Below the pieces are notes generated by a model. That model saw only the letters and a list, made by a program, of their open reading frames with translations. It had not been told where the DNA came from and ran no database searches. Position numbers and translations under genes: made by a program. From Octopus sinensis (lineage: Eukaryota): a DNA stretch of 64,000 nt. Where the stretch lies: NCBI RefSeq assembly GCF_006345805.1, contig NC_043002.1, forward strand, positions 42,842,001 through 42,906,000. The letters run 5' to 3'. Of this stretch, positions 39,112-52,556 are shown piece by piece (within the stretch, counting starts at the first letter, position 1; every line of letters begins with the position of its first letter).

Positions 39112-39177
39112 TCAAGCATTGGAACTTGGTGGCATCATCTGCTTGGTGAAATATTTTTTGGAAAGTTCTTCAAATGC
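39112..39177 (-). CDS. PH-domain/coiled-coil protein, probable last coding exon (AFEELSKKYFTKQMMPPSSNA*)
   Basis: Acceptor tatttatttttAG, phase 0. Continues the helix SEIE|AFEELSKKY to TGA at 39112-39114. Followed by an AT-rich, repeat-poor stretch to ~37.7 kb consistent with a 3' UTR. Confidence 0.78.
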   Translation of the reverse strand, partial: AFEELSKKYFTKQMMPPSSNA

Positions 39178-39464
39178 CTAAAAATAAATAAATAGGTATT
39201 TAAATTACATTAATTAATGAATTAGTATTCAAAAATGGGGAGCCAAAAAACATTTTTAATCATAAAAATAATAATAATGTTTTAATTAATAAAAGTAAGA
39301 TTACTAATGAGCAAATAAAAGGTTTCAAAAAATCTTTACTTAATAATAAAGTATTGATATGACTGAAATATTTGTTGTAAATGAGTGCTTAAAAATATGT
39401 GGGTCTTGTGGAAACACATATGTGAGCAATGCAGTCCATAAATACTCTGCAGTTTGACATTCAT

Positions 39465-40000
39465 CATCATCATCATTTAGCGTCCGCTTTCCATGCTAGC
39501 ATGGGTTGGACGGTTCATCTGGGGTCTGTGAAGCCAGAAGGCTGCATCAGGCCCAGTCTGATCTGGCAGTGTTTCTACGGCTGGATGCCCTTCCTAACGC
39601 CAACCACTCCGCGAGTGTAGTGGGTGCTTTTTACGTGCTACTCGCACAGGTGCCAGACAGAGCTGGCAAACAGCCACAGACGGATGGTGCTTTTTACGTG
39701 CCACCAGCACAGGGCCAGGCGAGGCTAGCAATGGCCACGAACGAATGGTGCTTTTTACGTGCCACCGGCACGAGGCCAGTCGGGGCGGCGCTGGCAACGG
39801 CCACAAACGGATGGTGGTGCCGGACGAGTCTGGCAAACGACCACGAACGGATGGTGCTTTTTTACATGCCACCGGCACGGGGGCCAGGCGAGGCTGGCGA
39901 CGGCCACAAACGGATGGTGCTTTTTACGTGCCACCGGCACGAGGCCAGTCTGGGCGGCGCTGGCAACGGCCACATTCAGATGGTTCTCTTATGTGCCACC
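39465..40000 (-). mobile_element. SINE family C copy with tandem ~60-bp units (others at ~30780-31080 +, 35070-35285 +, 43080-43385 +, 43905-44060 -, 48318-48560 -, 59098-59365 -, 62990-63195 +)
   Basis: Shared motifs catttaacgtccgctttccatgctagcatgg, ggatgcccttcctaacgccaaccactc and ttttacgtgccaccggcac. Confidence 0.8.
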
Positions 40001-41722
40001 GGCACTGGTAAGATATCAAAGACAGGGATAAATACCTCTATACAGATAGATATCTTGATCCCTTACAACTAAATGATAATGAAGAAATTATCAAAATGGA
40101 AATTAGCAGGATGGCAGTGAAAAGCATATCATTAAGAATTGGACCACAAAGTATGATAAAGAAGAATATAAACAAAAGTCTAACTCCAGGGCTTGTAAAT
40201 TTATATTATGATTCGCTTTGCTGAATGGTTAGTGTTAGGAAGGGCATCCAGCTGTAAAAATCCTACCAAAACAGTCAGAGAAGCCTGGTGCTTCTTGCGA
40301 AATCATCCCACCCATGCTAGCATGAAAAGTAGATGTTAAACAATGATTATTATGATTCACCAGGTCAACTTCACAATTCACTTTTGCATAGTCATCATCC
40401 AATAACTTTATATAATAGACATTATTAGCACACATTTTACATATGACTAACACTTCACACAGACTATATTCAACAGTTAACAGCCAATGATATAATTGCA
40501 AGTCATAGATAATGTATTCAACATGCACCATACCAACTAAAGCGCACATACACACTTGCATAACACACACCACATTGTAAATATCAAACACAAAGACTAA
40601 CCAACAAAATAACAGCACTACCCACTTTGAACCTATTCTACACAACAATCAGATGGAATACTAAGATAACACCTGAAACAACAAAATGAATGCCACAACA
40701 AAGTAAAACCATTATAACATACAAGCGGAATGTAAAAACAGTGCTGCAGACATCTTAGAAAGACAGAGCTGGAACTGGTGGTGTTAAAATAATAAGCTGT
40801 TAAAATAAGGCACAGTACCAGCAGTTTTGTGGAAGGGTGTTAGTTGATTTTATCAACACCAGGGCTCAATTGGTACATATTTTATCAACTTCAAAAGGAT
40901 GAAAATAAAGTTGACTTTGGCAGGATTTGAACTCAATGTACGGAGCCATAAGAAATGCTTCCAAACATTTTGTCCACTGCTCTGTAATGAACTTTAACAA
41001 TGAAAACTTGGCCACGCATGTTGGGAAAAGGATGAAAACTATTAAATACTATTAAGTATTTCTTTGATCCATATTTGATCATGCAAAAATAAAATATCCA
41101 ACATCCCCAGGATTTATACTAGAATAAAGGGTTGTAATGAAGCACTATGATATATTTAATCTAGCGCTTTCCTAGTTTTCTCACTGCCCGCCAGTACGTC
41201 CGTTGCAACACCACTAACTAAAATATCTCTGATGTATCAAGAAAGGGAAACCCAGTTATTCAATAAAATTAAGCAGTTAAATAAATACTAAACTGAAAAA
41301 TAGGTACTAGGGTCGATATGACTAAAGAAAAATAAACTTTGAAATAGTGCACTAACAGGATCACAGTCCAGCAAAAGAATAAAATAAAGACAGACATTTA
41401 AAAAATAAAATAGGACACCAGCTCAAGGTTATATTTTAAAATGTAAAACGTATTTTCAATTCAGCCCAACTTAATTTTATCTGGATATGACAATGTGTGA
41501 CGGAGATATAAATTCCAATCATACCACCTGCAAGAAGCGGATATGTGTATTTTATTTTAACATATTTAGATACTATGTTACACCTTTTATTGTACTTTTT
41601 TTATTAATCCTATACAAAATGACTTCAAAATGCAGAGAAATAAAACTTCGGAAATATAAAAAAAAAAAAAACCACCCAAAAAATTTACAAGGAAAGAAGA
41701 AAAGAAATGATATATAAATTAC

Positions 41723-42373
41723 CTCAATTTCTGACATTGCATCAGAACTTATCTTTAAATCGGACTTCTTATGAGAAGAATTTGTTTTTAGGTTACTTAA
41801 ATGTTCCATTTGGTCTGTTGTATATGAGTGGTGGCTGTTTCGTTTGGGGTCAGATTGACTACAATGTGACAATGTTTTTGTAGCATTATCTGCCAAGTCT
41901 AAAGATTTCAGAAACATGTTCTCTGAGGAATTAGGTGAAGTCTGATTTGAATTTGAATTAACATTAGGTGATTCTGTACCCCAAGAATTTATTAAGACTG
42001 GTGGTGTGCTGAAACGATTCTCTTTCGTCAAACGACTGTTCCGCAATTTCACTGGACGTATCAATCCAAGACGTGACTTTGAACTAATATGGAAAGATTT
42101 TGAAATGCTACTGATGTGTTTAATACCACTGCTTTGCTTAGTTTGTGAGTCCGGTGAAAGAAGATGAGCATTGGACTGTATAGCCATTTCTGGATGGTCA
42201 TTACAGTGCCGGTGAAGGGAGCGATCTATTTGTTCGAGTTCATTATTCAGTTCTTCAACTTGGTTAGCCAAATGATCTTTTTGGTTTAAGTTACCTTTCT
42301 TTTTGTTTCCACCTCCAAAACCAAATATAGATTTCTTGCTGTGACTGTTGATCTGTTTCTGAAGTGATTGTAA
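41723..42373 (-). CDS. PH-domain/coiled-coil protein, large exon (LQSLQKQINSHSKK...MSEIE; coiled coil then Ser/Asn-rich disordered region)
   Basis: Acceptor ttatttttgcAG and donor GAG|GTAATT. 651 nt open frame (217 codons), the longest non-repetitive ORF in the window. Confidence 0.92.
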
Positions 42374-45085
42374 CTGCAAAAATAATTATTTAAACAATAA
42401 ATACTTGAACTATTTCATAAGAATTTTATAAACTTTCGAATAAACATGAAATAATTTGCTTTTTGGAACAGTGGATCTCAAAGCACATAAAGCTATAGAT
42501 AATAGCTGCCCATAGATATCCTTTGACATTTTGTATCCAAAAGGGCTTTTCAACCAAATACTTACATGCAATTATTTACAGTTTTATCTACTCTGAGATT
42601 CATTGTTATAACAAATAATTATTGAACTAATGTTCAAAGATAGGAATTGATGAAATATACAGTGTTGGGTGTTTTATACACAGACACACACACACAAATA
42701 CATAACAGGTTTAAATTTATATCTTCAATATTCTAAGTTCAGAAATTTATCGGATCAACATTGCCATTCACTTCTACATGATAAAATTATGCCTCAGAAT
42801 TAATTTAATCAACCACAACCAACACTTTCAGTAACTTGACTCGTGTAAAAGTCATAAAATCAATATCTTTTATCTTTTACTTGTTTCAGTCATTTTACTG
42901 CAGCCATACTGAAGAATTTTAGTTGAATGAACTGACCACAGTATTCATTTTTTTTAAGCTTGGTACTTATTCTAACAGTCTGTTTCGCCAGGCTACTAAG
43001 TTACAGGGACATAAACACACCAACACTAGTTGTGAAGTGATAGTGGGGAACAAACACAAACATACATACATACATATATTATCTTGCAAGTACTTGGTGA
43101 CCTTGTAAGTGCAGGTGCCACTTAAAAGTACCCAGTAAAGTGGCTGGTGTTCAGAAGGGCATCCAGCTATAAAAACCTTTCCAAAACTGACCTCGCCTGT
43201 GCTTGTGCCATGTAAAAAGCATTAAGTCCACTCTGCTGAGTGGTTGGTGTCAGGAAGAGCATCCAGCTGTAAAAATCCTGCCAAAACAAATCACAAAAAT
43301 CTAGTACAGCTTCTGCCTGGCCGGCTCTTGTGAAGCCATCCCACTCATGCTAGAATGGAAGGTGGATGTTGAACGATGATGATCTCATACATACACACAC
43401 ACACATGGGTATCTTTCAGTTTCCATCAAGCAAATCCACTCAAGACTTTGTTCTGCCAGAGGCTGTTAAGTAGAAGATACTTGGCCAAGGCGCCATGCAT
43501 TATTGGTCTTTCTTTCTTTTAAATTTTAGGAATTATATTAAAGACGTTTTTTCTTTTCCATATTTAGTCATTTTCATGCATTGTTTTATTATCTTTTTTT
43601 TAATTATTCTATATCTGCTAAAAAAAATTAAGTGTCATTGGTCTTGGGAATACTTTTCACAGTATTAAAATTTCTCATGGAACAGAGCTGAGTAACTAAA
43701 TTAGCCAACTAGGAAAAAAAAAGTTTTAATGCTCGACTAAAGGCGGTGTTCCAGCATGGCCACAGTCAAATGGCTGAAACAAGTAAAAGAGTAAAAGAAG
43801 AGTAAAAGAGAGTAAAGAGTAATGCTTCTAGCAGTATTTGAAGTATGATTAATAAATTTTAAAAATTAACTATTGTAAAGAGAATTAGTATGAAGAAAAT
43901 CATCATTATCATTTAATGTCCATTTTCCATGCTGGCATGGGTTGGATGGTATGACAGGCTCCATTGTGTGTTCTGGTATGGTTTCTATGGCTGGATGCCC
44001 TTCCAAATGCCAACCACTACATAGAGTATACTGGGTGCTTTTTAGCATGGCACCAGCACCGGTATTGATTCTGCTGTGGCAGACAGGTCTTCTTGAGTAC
44101 TTCTGCTGTGACAGATGGATCTTAATAAAAAACTTGTATACAAATGTCAATACTGGTTGCATTTAAGATGGCAAGGTGGCAGAATCATTAGGGCACCGGG
44201 CAAAAAGCTTAGCAGCATTTCACCCATTTTGAGTATCAAATTCCACCAAGATAAACTTTGCCTTTCATCCTTTCAGGTTCGATAAAATAAGTAGCAGTTG
44301 AACACTGGGATCAATGTAATCGACCTACTCCCTTCCCTCTAAACTGCTGTCCTTGGACTAAACTGAGAAACCAATATAGGTTAACTCTTTCATTACCAAC
44401 CCGGCTGAAACCAGCTGTGGCTCTGAGTACAAATGTCTTGTTTTCATAAGTTTTGAATTAAAATCTTCCACCAAACCTTAGTCAAAATTTATGTTCCTAA
44501 CACTAGCTGAATGATAAAGTTATTTTACTAAATTCTTTGTTATATTTAAAGTAATTGAAAGAAATACAGAGCATCTCAAAATAAATACAGTAACGAAAGG
44601 GTTAAGGTATATTTGTTGAGACACTATCAGCTGTAGAAATAACTCAGGATAGTGATAAAATCATTAGAGAAAAATAGAATGAAATTTTCATTTTAATTCG
44701 AAAATCTTGACTGATTTGAACTATGACTGTCTCAGGGATTGTATCTTATATAGTGATTTCAAATTTTGGCACAGAACCAGCAATTTCGGAGTAGTAGGTA
44801 ATTCAATTACATCAACCTCAGTACTCAACTGGTACTTATTTTATCTACCCCAAAAGGATGAAAGGCAAAGTCGACCTCAGAGGAATTTGAACTCAGAAAG
44901 TAGAGAAGGACCAAATGCCATTAAGCATTTTTGCTGAAGTCAATCCATAGTTGGTAGTGAGATACTAGAATTATCTGGGAGGTAACTGCAAGTATGCATA
45001 ATTTGAAATGGTACAGAATATGGTGAGGAGTCATTTGAAAGTCTGGAGAATAAGCAGTACATATTTCATAGGCTTTATTAAAACG

Positions 45086-45325
45086 AAAATACCTATTTCT
45101 TTACTACCCACAAGGGGCTAAACACAGAGGGGACAAACAAGGACAGACAAATGGATTAAGTTGATTACATCGACCCCAGTGCATAACTGGTACTTAATTT
45201 ATCGACCCCCAAAAGGATGAAAGGCAAAGTCGACCTCAGCGGAATTTGAACTCAGAACGTAATGGCAGACGAAATATGGCTACGCATTTCACCCAGCGTG
45301 CTAACGTTTCAGCCAGCTCGCCGCC
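45086..45325 (-). mobile_element. SINE family B, near full length (others at ~1-110, 300-495, 19840-19940, 20360-21240, 35395-35830, 40780-40980, 44166-44378, 44760-44930, 51430-51860)
   Basis: Head GGCGGCGAGCTGGC..., B-box-like GAGTTCAAATTCC, central cctttcatcctttcggggtcgataaa motif. Confidence 0.82.
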
Positions 45326-45833
45326 TTCTCCCAGCACGCTTTAATTATGAATTAAAGTTAAGGTTTTAATGTAGATGGCATTGAACATTAAAAGCACATG
45401 TATATCTTAGTCATCCATTGTCTCCGGCATTTGTTGAAACAAACGAATATATGGCTGTTAGTTGACTTGTAATGTTTTTTTTCTCTATGCATATAATTAT
45501 TTCTGATTGGCTTTTTTAATATTCACTGCATTAAATCTAAAATAATTACTCAATCATGAAGTATATTTGCCACCTAAATGTGGCTAACGCTTAAGGGTTG
45601 ATGCTATGTAGGTTGATGCTTGTAGCCCCAGGAAGACAACTCCTCCAGCTGGCTATTGACACACTTTCTGTGTCCTATCAGTATTTGCAAAGGGAAGTCA
45701 TCTTTCCCATCTCCAGCCTGATGTGATACACACGGATCCGAGTTTCTGGGTATTGACTCGTCATCAGCATGTGACAACCACCAGTTGGCAATGGGAAGTA
45801 GTTCCCAATGCAAATATATATATATATATATAC

Positions 45834-46081
45834 AACTTATAAATAAGAGCAAACGAAAAAATTTCTAATGCCAAATATGCCGAAAATTGGACATATTGTC
45901 CATTACCATATAATTTTTCAAAATACGCACACTACTCGAAAAAAAAGCCGCCAGAAATTTCTATTGGCTTATTTTTCGAGTAGCGTGTGTATTGTGAAAA
46001 ATTATATGGTAATGGACAATATGTCCAATTTTCGGTATATTTGGCAGTAGAAATATTTTCGTTCGCCCTTATTTATAAGTT
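45834..46081. repeat. ~248-bp intronic palindrome (~115-bp arms, short loop), foldback/MITE-like
   Basis: aacttataaataagagcaaacg...tactcgaaaaaaaagcc versus ggcttatttttcgagtag...cgttcgcccttatttataagtt. Confidence 0.9.
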
Positions 46082-46169
46082 TTTTTTATAATTTTAACCG
46101 TTAAAGGTATTTTTTAATATGCTGGCCATTGATAAAATTTATATTCGAAAAAAATTCTATCCTACATTA

Positions 46170-46206
<37 letters not shown>

Positions 46207-46654
46207 TTTTTCCAGTGACGAAAAGTCACTGATCTCGAAAAAGTGGAAACAAGCAATAATGAATCTCTGAGCGAGGTATAAACAATAGCTGTACGACATC
46301 AAAAAAATTGTATATAATGCAAGGGACGTAACTCTTGAATATAGAAAGGGCGTGTCTGGTGCAAGGGAGGTAACTTTTTAATGAAGGCCATTAAGTTCTC
46401 TTTGAACAAACGTTCGAAATTGTTGTGCTCATTCGTATCACAACAAAATATTTCAAAATTGAATTATTCTGAGGTGCTTATTCGTCCGCAACCACATACA
46501 CACACACGCAACAGAATTCTTGTCTCGCTGTAAAATTAGTGCTATTCAAGCTTCCCAGACTAATGCAATCTTTTACCATTAAAAATGATATAAAGACTAT
46601 TTGAAGCGAAATGTAAAGCTGTGTCATACGAGTAAAGCTATGATTCTTTAGATT

Positions 46655-47204
46655 AAGCAGCTGAATGGGCAAGACTTTCGCCCGTCTCCCCCCGCCTCAA
46701 AAAAAACACCCTTTTTTTAAAATTTATTTTTTCGATACAAACCCCACTTTTCGGCTGAGGAATACGAATCTGCAAAAAAATTGGCAAAATCGACATTTCT
46801 AGATTACCACCACCACCACCCCACCACATTCCCTTCATTTTAAACTTTTTTCACAATTTTTTTCTTTTTCAAAATAAGCAAAAAAAAAAAAATACGGAGA
46901 TTATGATTCTGAAAAAAAATTCCAAAAATATTTGTAAAATCTTTAAGAATTTTTGTTTTTCTAAATATGCGGGAAAATACAGACATCATAATTCGGACAA
47001 AAATTTCAAAACATTTCTGTACCTACGGTTACGGCTTTAGGGTTAGTGTTGGGGGGGGGGGATTTCACAATGCCGATTTTTGACAATTTTCCGGAAGCTC
47101 CGTATCCGAAAACGGGGATTTTTAGCAAAAAAAATTACAAAAATAAACAAATTTGGGAGAAAATGGAGGGGGTGACGGGCGGAAGTCTTTCCGCCGAATT
47201 TAGT
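46655..47204 (+). mobile_element. Helentron-associated non-autonomous element (HINE/DINE-1-like)
   Basis: Sub-terminal IRs aagactttcgcccgtctccccc (46671) / gggggtgacgggcggaagtctt (47168-47189), overlapping a 3' hairpin GGCGGAA-GTCT-TTCCGCC. Confidence 0.7.
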
Positions 47205-47452
47205 AATTTAAAAAAAATTTTCTTTTACACGGGGAACGGAAGGTAGGACACAAAATGTCATACACTGTACCTATTTGTTTATAAATAACGAATTCATTAC
47301 CTCAGTATCTCATTATTGTTGTTATTGTTGTTGTTGCAAGCTAGAATCAGTATTAATTACCCAACTTTGGAAAGATAGCAACTATACTGACATGTAAATA
47401 CTTGTGAAAGTATAACCATTATTGTGAGGACAACCAAACAAGAGTTACGTAC

Positions 47453-47539
47453 CGTAAGTTGAGCTGACATTCGTCTCTGCACCAAACGTGTCATACACAT
47501 GCTCTCTTTATCACAAGCTTCGTTTTCTAATTCTGCACT
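47453..47539 (-). CDS. PH-domain/coiled-coil protein exon (SAELENEACDKESMCMTRLVQRRMSAQLT)
   Basis: Acceptor tttttctaccacAG and donor ACG|GTACGT. 87 nt, phase 0-0, in frame with both neighbours. Confidence 0.85.
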
Positions 47540-47732
47540 CTGTGGTAGAAAAATTGAACCAATTTTAATGCATTCTTTCCACAAAATTCATTCGTAATAA
47601 GCCTTCCAATAAATAACTTGAATTTTAAAAGGATTTTTTGTTTGTTTTCAACAAGTAGTGAGAAACAATAAGAGAAATGATTTCATATCCAGGAGAGATT
47701 AAAATTGGAGTTCAAAAAAAATCAAAATAAAT

Positions 47733-48138
47733 GAGTGGCTGTGTGGTAAGTAGCTTGCTAACCAACCACATGGTTCCGGGTTCAGTCCCACTGCGTGGCA
47801 TCTTGGGCAAGTGTCTTCTGCTATAGCCCCGGGCCGACCAAAGCCTTGTGAGTGGATTTGGTAGACGGAAACTGAAAGAAGCCTGTCGTATATATATGTA
47901 TATATATGTATGCGTGTGTGTGTTTGTGTGTCTGTGTTTGTCCCCGTAGCATTGCTTGACAACCGATGCTGGTATGCTTACGTCCCCGTCACATAGCGGT
48001 TCGGCAAAAGAGACCGATAGAATAAGTACTGGGCTTACAAAGAATAAGTCCCGGGGTCGATTTGCTCGACTAAAGGCGGTGCTCCAGCATGGCCGCAGCC
48101 AAATGACTGAAACAAATAAAAGAGTAAAGAGTAAGAGA
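47733..48138 (+). mobile_element. SINE family A, full length, intronic
   Basis: Close to consensus, CpGs retained. Confidence 0.88.
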
Positions 48139-48886
48139 GGTATAAAATTAGATACCCATTCCCCACCCCGGGTCAAAAAAAGGTGAGGTTAAAGTTATTA
48201 TCCGTTAGAAGTATTGTGAAGGCACCTGCTAAAATTGATGAAGATAGAAATAGGAGAATTGCAGTAAAAAAACCACAGATCACAATACAGGAAGACACTG
48301 TAGTCCTTCTCAATCATCATCATCATTTAAGGTCTGTTTTCCATGCTAGCATGGGTTGGACGGTTTGACTGGGGTCTGGGAAGCCAGGAGGCTGCACCAG
48401 GCTCCAGTCTGATCTGGCAGTGTTTCTACAGCTGGATGCCCTTCCTAACACCAACCACTCCGTGAGTGTAGTGGATGCTTTTTACGTGCTACCGGCACAG
48501 GGGCCAGGCAAGGCTGGCAACAGCCACGATCGGTTGGTGCTTTTTATGTGCCACCGGGGTCGGTGGACGGGCTTGTTTCAGTTTCCGTCTACCAAATCCA
48601 CTCACAATATATATCAATAACAGTGGTAACGAAATTGATAGCCCCTAAAATTGATTTAACTTCTACATATAATGAAAAATTACCATGAATTAATTCTACA
48701 GTATCAAACTTTGCAAGAAATATTAAAACTTTGACTAATTCTGGTTTTCTAAACTTAAGATAAAAATAATATGCTTGTAATATCCAAGCACGAGTCTTCA
48801 AGCATACTTAGACAAAATTTTTGTCTAATGTGTTTTTCTTTTATTATCATCACATATTTTTAAATAGCATATATGAACTAACGTTA

Positions 48887-49080
48887 TCTTTCTTTTACTT
48901 GTTTCAGTCATTTGATTGTGACCATGGTGGAGCACCACCAGGATTTATTCTTTGTAAGCCTAGTACTTATTCTATTGGTCTCTTTTACCAAACCGCTAAG
49001 TTACGGGGACGTAAACACACCAACATCGGTTGTCAAGCAATGTTGGGGGGACAAACACAGGCACACAAACATATACACAC

Positions 49081-49111
<31 letters not shown>

Positions 49112-49272
49112 CGACGGGTTTCTTTCAGTTTCCGTCTACCAAATCCACTTACAAGGCTTTGGTCAGCCCGAGGCTATAGCAGAAGACACTTGCCTAAGGT
49201 GCCACACAGTGGGACTGAACCCAGAACAATGTGGTTGGTAAGCAAGCAACTTATCACACAGCCACCCCTGCA
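48887..49272 (-). mobile_element. SINE family A, intronic (older, decayed copies also at ~1435-1590, 31230-31690, 36880-37150, 42880-43080, 57630-57900, 58310-58650, 61097-61530, 63195-63530)
   Basis: Family motifs recognisable despite CpG decay. Confidence 0.8.
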
Positions 49273-49299
49273 CCTATACTTACCACACAGCTACTCCTG

Positions 49300-49590
49300 C
49301 ACTTATGCATAATTTACTTTATGGAAAACGTTCATATTTCATCTACCATAACGAACGTCAAATTTTCAAAGAAGCTCAAGAAATCTGCTACTGAGATTTT
49401 TGAAATGCTTCACCAGATTTTTGTCAAGTATTATTCTTAAGGTCAAACATTCTTTAGCTTTTCATGGCCTGCACATTTTAAGGCTGATTGAGTGTCACCT
49501 CATTATGAAGAGTGTTCAGAAAATTTGGAAAAAATTTGGAAACTCAACCAAGAGCACCAACGCCAAACAATCCATTAATACTTTTGCATG
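49300..49590 (+). pseudogene. Degenerate mariner transposase N-terminal fragment
   Basis: NVKFSKKLKKSATEIFEMLHQIF resembles the mariner IKFCxKLGKSATETFEML motif. Confidence 0.65.
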
Positions 49591-50578
49591 ACTGTTCAAA
49601 CAACTCTTAAGTATCTAGTCATTTATTCCAATATATTCTTCTAAGATCTTCTTCTTGTCCTAAAGGACCTATTTTTCATCACAGATGATTATTCTTTTCA
49701 AATAATATTTGCCTTTCATTTCACTCAAGAAGAAAAGAGCAGACTGTCAAATAATGCATCATGTTTGCAGTGGAACAAATTTGTCCATCTTTTCCAATTT
49801 CCCGATATCATTGCCAGATAATATCCAATTACACAGTGTAATTTCAAAATATTTAGATTATACTGTGTAATACATCTTTTGTCCTTGGGTAACAACTGTT
49901 ATTTGGTTAGCCCAAGGCTACGTATAGTATAAGACACTTGTCCAAGGTCTCATGCAATGGGACTGAACCCAAACCCACATAGTTGGGCAGCAAGCTTCTT
50001 ATCACACAGCCATGCTTGCACCTATGTGTACATATATTAACATGCATGTGAGTTTATGTACTAGCTTCTATCTACTAAATTCCACTCACAAGGTATTGTT
50101 CTACAAGAAACTATAGTAAGAGACACTTGCTCAAGCTGCTGTGCAGTGTGATGGAACCCAGAATTATGTGGTCCAAAAGCAAACTTCTTTATCACACAGC
50201 CTAACTATTACTAGTACTTTATTGTAACAGAAATGATAGTCATATAGTTAGATAGTCAAACATTACAGTAGTCTAAACCAAGAACCAGGGAATTCTAAAA
50301 GAGTCACTAATTCTCAAGTTATGAACCTATACATTACTGCTGACATAACTTATTAAGCGAAACATTTAACTCCACTTCCCAAGAGGTTGCATAACTCAAA
50401 AAGATTAATATCAGTCATAAAAGAGAAAGAAAGTGATCTTGGAGAAGAATGGATTATCTCACGCTAACATGTCTAGATATGGTATAAAAAGGTGAAATCT
50501 TGTCTTTTTGTGATGCCTTTTGCAAACTTAATTGCAAAAATTCAGAATGGAAGAAGCATTATATAGTGCCATATTTAC

Positions 50579-50694
50579 TTGTCTTAATTCTTGTCTGTGT
50601 TTGATGTCATTTATTTGTTGAACCACATTGGAAAGAAGTTGTTGCTTCAAAAGTTTTGTTTTGTCTTTGAATTCTTCACATGTGTGAGCTGGAT
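50579..50694 (-). CDS. PH-domain/coiled-coil protein exon ((D)PAHTCEEFKDKTKLLKQQLLSNVVQQINDIKHRQELRQ)
   Basis: Acceptor tattttAG and donor CAA|GTAAAT. 116 nt. The phase 1 start completes Asp with the preceding exon (G+AT). Heptad-like helix. Confidence 0.88.
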
Positions 50695-52402
50695 CTAAAA
50701 TATAACAAAACAACAAACTGAACTAAATGCAACAAATAACAACACTGAATATAATATCTTTTTGAAATTTGCAAGAAATGACGAATTTGAAGAAGAGAAG
50801 TGTAGTCATTTGAAGTAACCCCAGTATATGACAGGTACATACTTTATGAACCCCTAGAAGAAAGCAAGATAAAATCATTCCTTGTGTGATTTGAACTCAG
50901 ATCATAAAAGAATGTAACTAAATACCAAAAGATACTTTTATATAGGTGCTCTACCATTTTAGTGATAATAAATTAACACATAAGGTGGTTGGTGTTCAAA
51001 AGGAGGTGGAGCGTGGTTAGGACTTTCTTCAGGCTGAGTAGCCCATCTCACTCAAAAAAACTCTGAATAAGGATTAATGATGTTTAACAAAACAGCCATG
51101 TTTCCAGAGATGAATCATTCAGACCCCAAAGAACTCCTCTCAACAAATGGCTATGGTGCTCCCCCACTACTTCTGCCTGTGATCAGAGATGCATGCATCA
51201 TCAGCCACCAAGGGACATTCTCAACTGGTTATGGTCAAACAACTGACAAGCAAATTTGTGGTATTGAGCAGAATATTTGTTGCAGACCATCTTTTAAACT
51301 GAGACAAAACATCTACATGATAACACTTCCAATCAGTTAAGATCAGAAGCCATGAGAGCCAGTGCCTCGTATTGCATCAGGGCATTATTATTATTATTAT
51401 CATTATTATTATTATTATTATTATTAAAAAGGTAGCAGCAGGCTAACAGAATCATAGCATGCTGGATGAAATGTTTAGCAGTATTTCTCTTGCCTGATCA
51501 TTCTGAGGTCAACTATGTCTTTCATTCTTATTGGCTTGATGAAACAAGTACCAGTTGAACACTGAGGTTGATGTAATCAATTAAGCACCTTCCCACCAAA
51601 TTTTAAATCATTATTATTATTGTTGTTATTTATTATTATTATTAAGGCAGCAAGCTGGCAGAATCAACAGAATGCCAGATAAAATGCTTACCAGCATTTC
51701 GTTCATTCTTATGTTCAGAGTTCAAATTCCCTTGAGATCAACTTTCCCTTTCATCGTTTCGGGGTTGCTGAAATAAGGACCAGTTGAGCACTGGGGTCAA
51801 TGTAATTGACTAACCCCATCCCCATAAAATTTCAGGGCTTGTGCCAACAGTAGAAATAATAATTATTATATCTATATTGGTTACAAGGTTGGCTCTGTAC
51901 CTATGGCCTTCACAGTTACTACAAGAGCAGGGAGATTGATGCAGTTAATGTTCCTTTAAAACAGTTGCAAGGAAGAATGATTCAGCATGATAGTCAGAGT
52001 GAGGCCTGGGGTGTGGAGACACAATATGAATGAAGAGATGAAGATCTCACCTGCACAAATATACAACACATTTCAAAGAAAAGTTATATATTTCTTTCTC
52101 AGAAGCATTTTTTTTGTTTGTTTGTTTGTTTGTTTGTTTGTTTTTTTTTTGTTATTTTTTTGTTTGTTTTTTTTTTGTTTGCTTGGGCAAAGTAACTCTG
52201 AAATTCAGATCATTTAGATAAGTGCACATGTGTACTCTTCCAAATGAGCAAACAGCTACAAAATAAGAATGATATTTATTTACAACCAAGGTAGCTGAGG
52301 TGCAAAAAGAGGTATGTGCCTAGTTCAGAAAAAGTTTAGGTCAAAAATGAATGTAGGTGATCAAAAATGAAAGTAAGTGTAAAAGTTTCAAAATAAACTT
52401 AC

Positions 52403-52556
52403 CACAGGCAGTTAAATCTTCCCTTGAACTGAAGAAACCCTCTGAACCTATAGAAGGACTAGAAGTGCTGCAACTCTCTGTTGCAGTGAGTAAATGATTC
52501 ATCCAATTGGTTAGAGAATCTTCAGTACTGGCACAATATTCTGAACAGCTACCATC
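52403..52556 (-). CDS. PH-domain/coiled-coil protein exon (DGSCSEYCASTEDSLTNWMNHLLTATESCSTSSPSIGSEGFFSSREDLTAC)
   Basis: Acceptor ctttattttcacAG and donor GTG|GTAAGT. 154 nt, phase 0 to phase 1. Encodes the PH C-terminal helix with its conserved Trp (SLTNWMNHL). Not in the ORF track; found by splice-site reading. Confidence 0.9.

Noticed and set aside
48589-48801. ORF MKTRAWILQAYYFYLKFRKPELV... as an extra exon
   Set aside because: The plausible splice sites give a phase incompatible with the flanking phase 0 exons, and there is no family resemblance.
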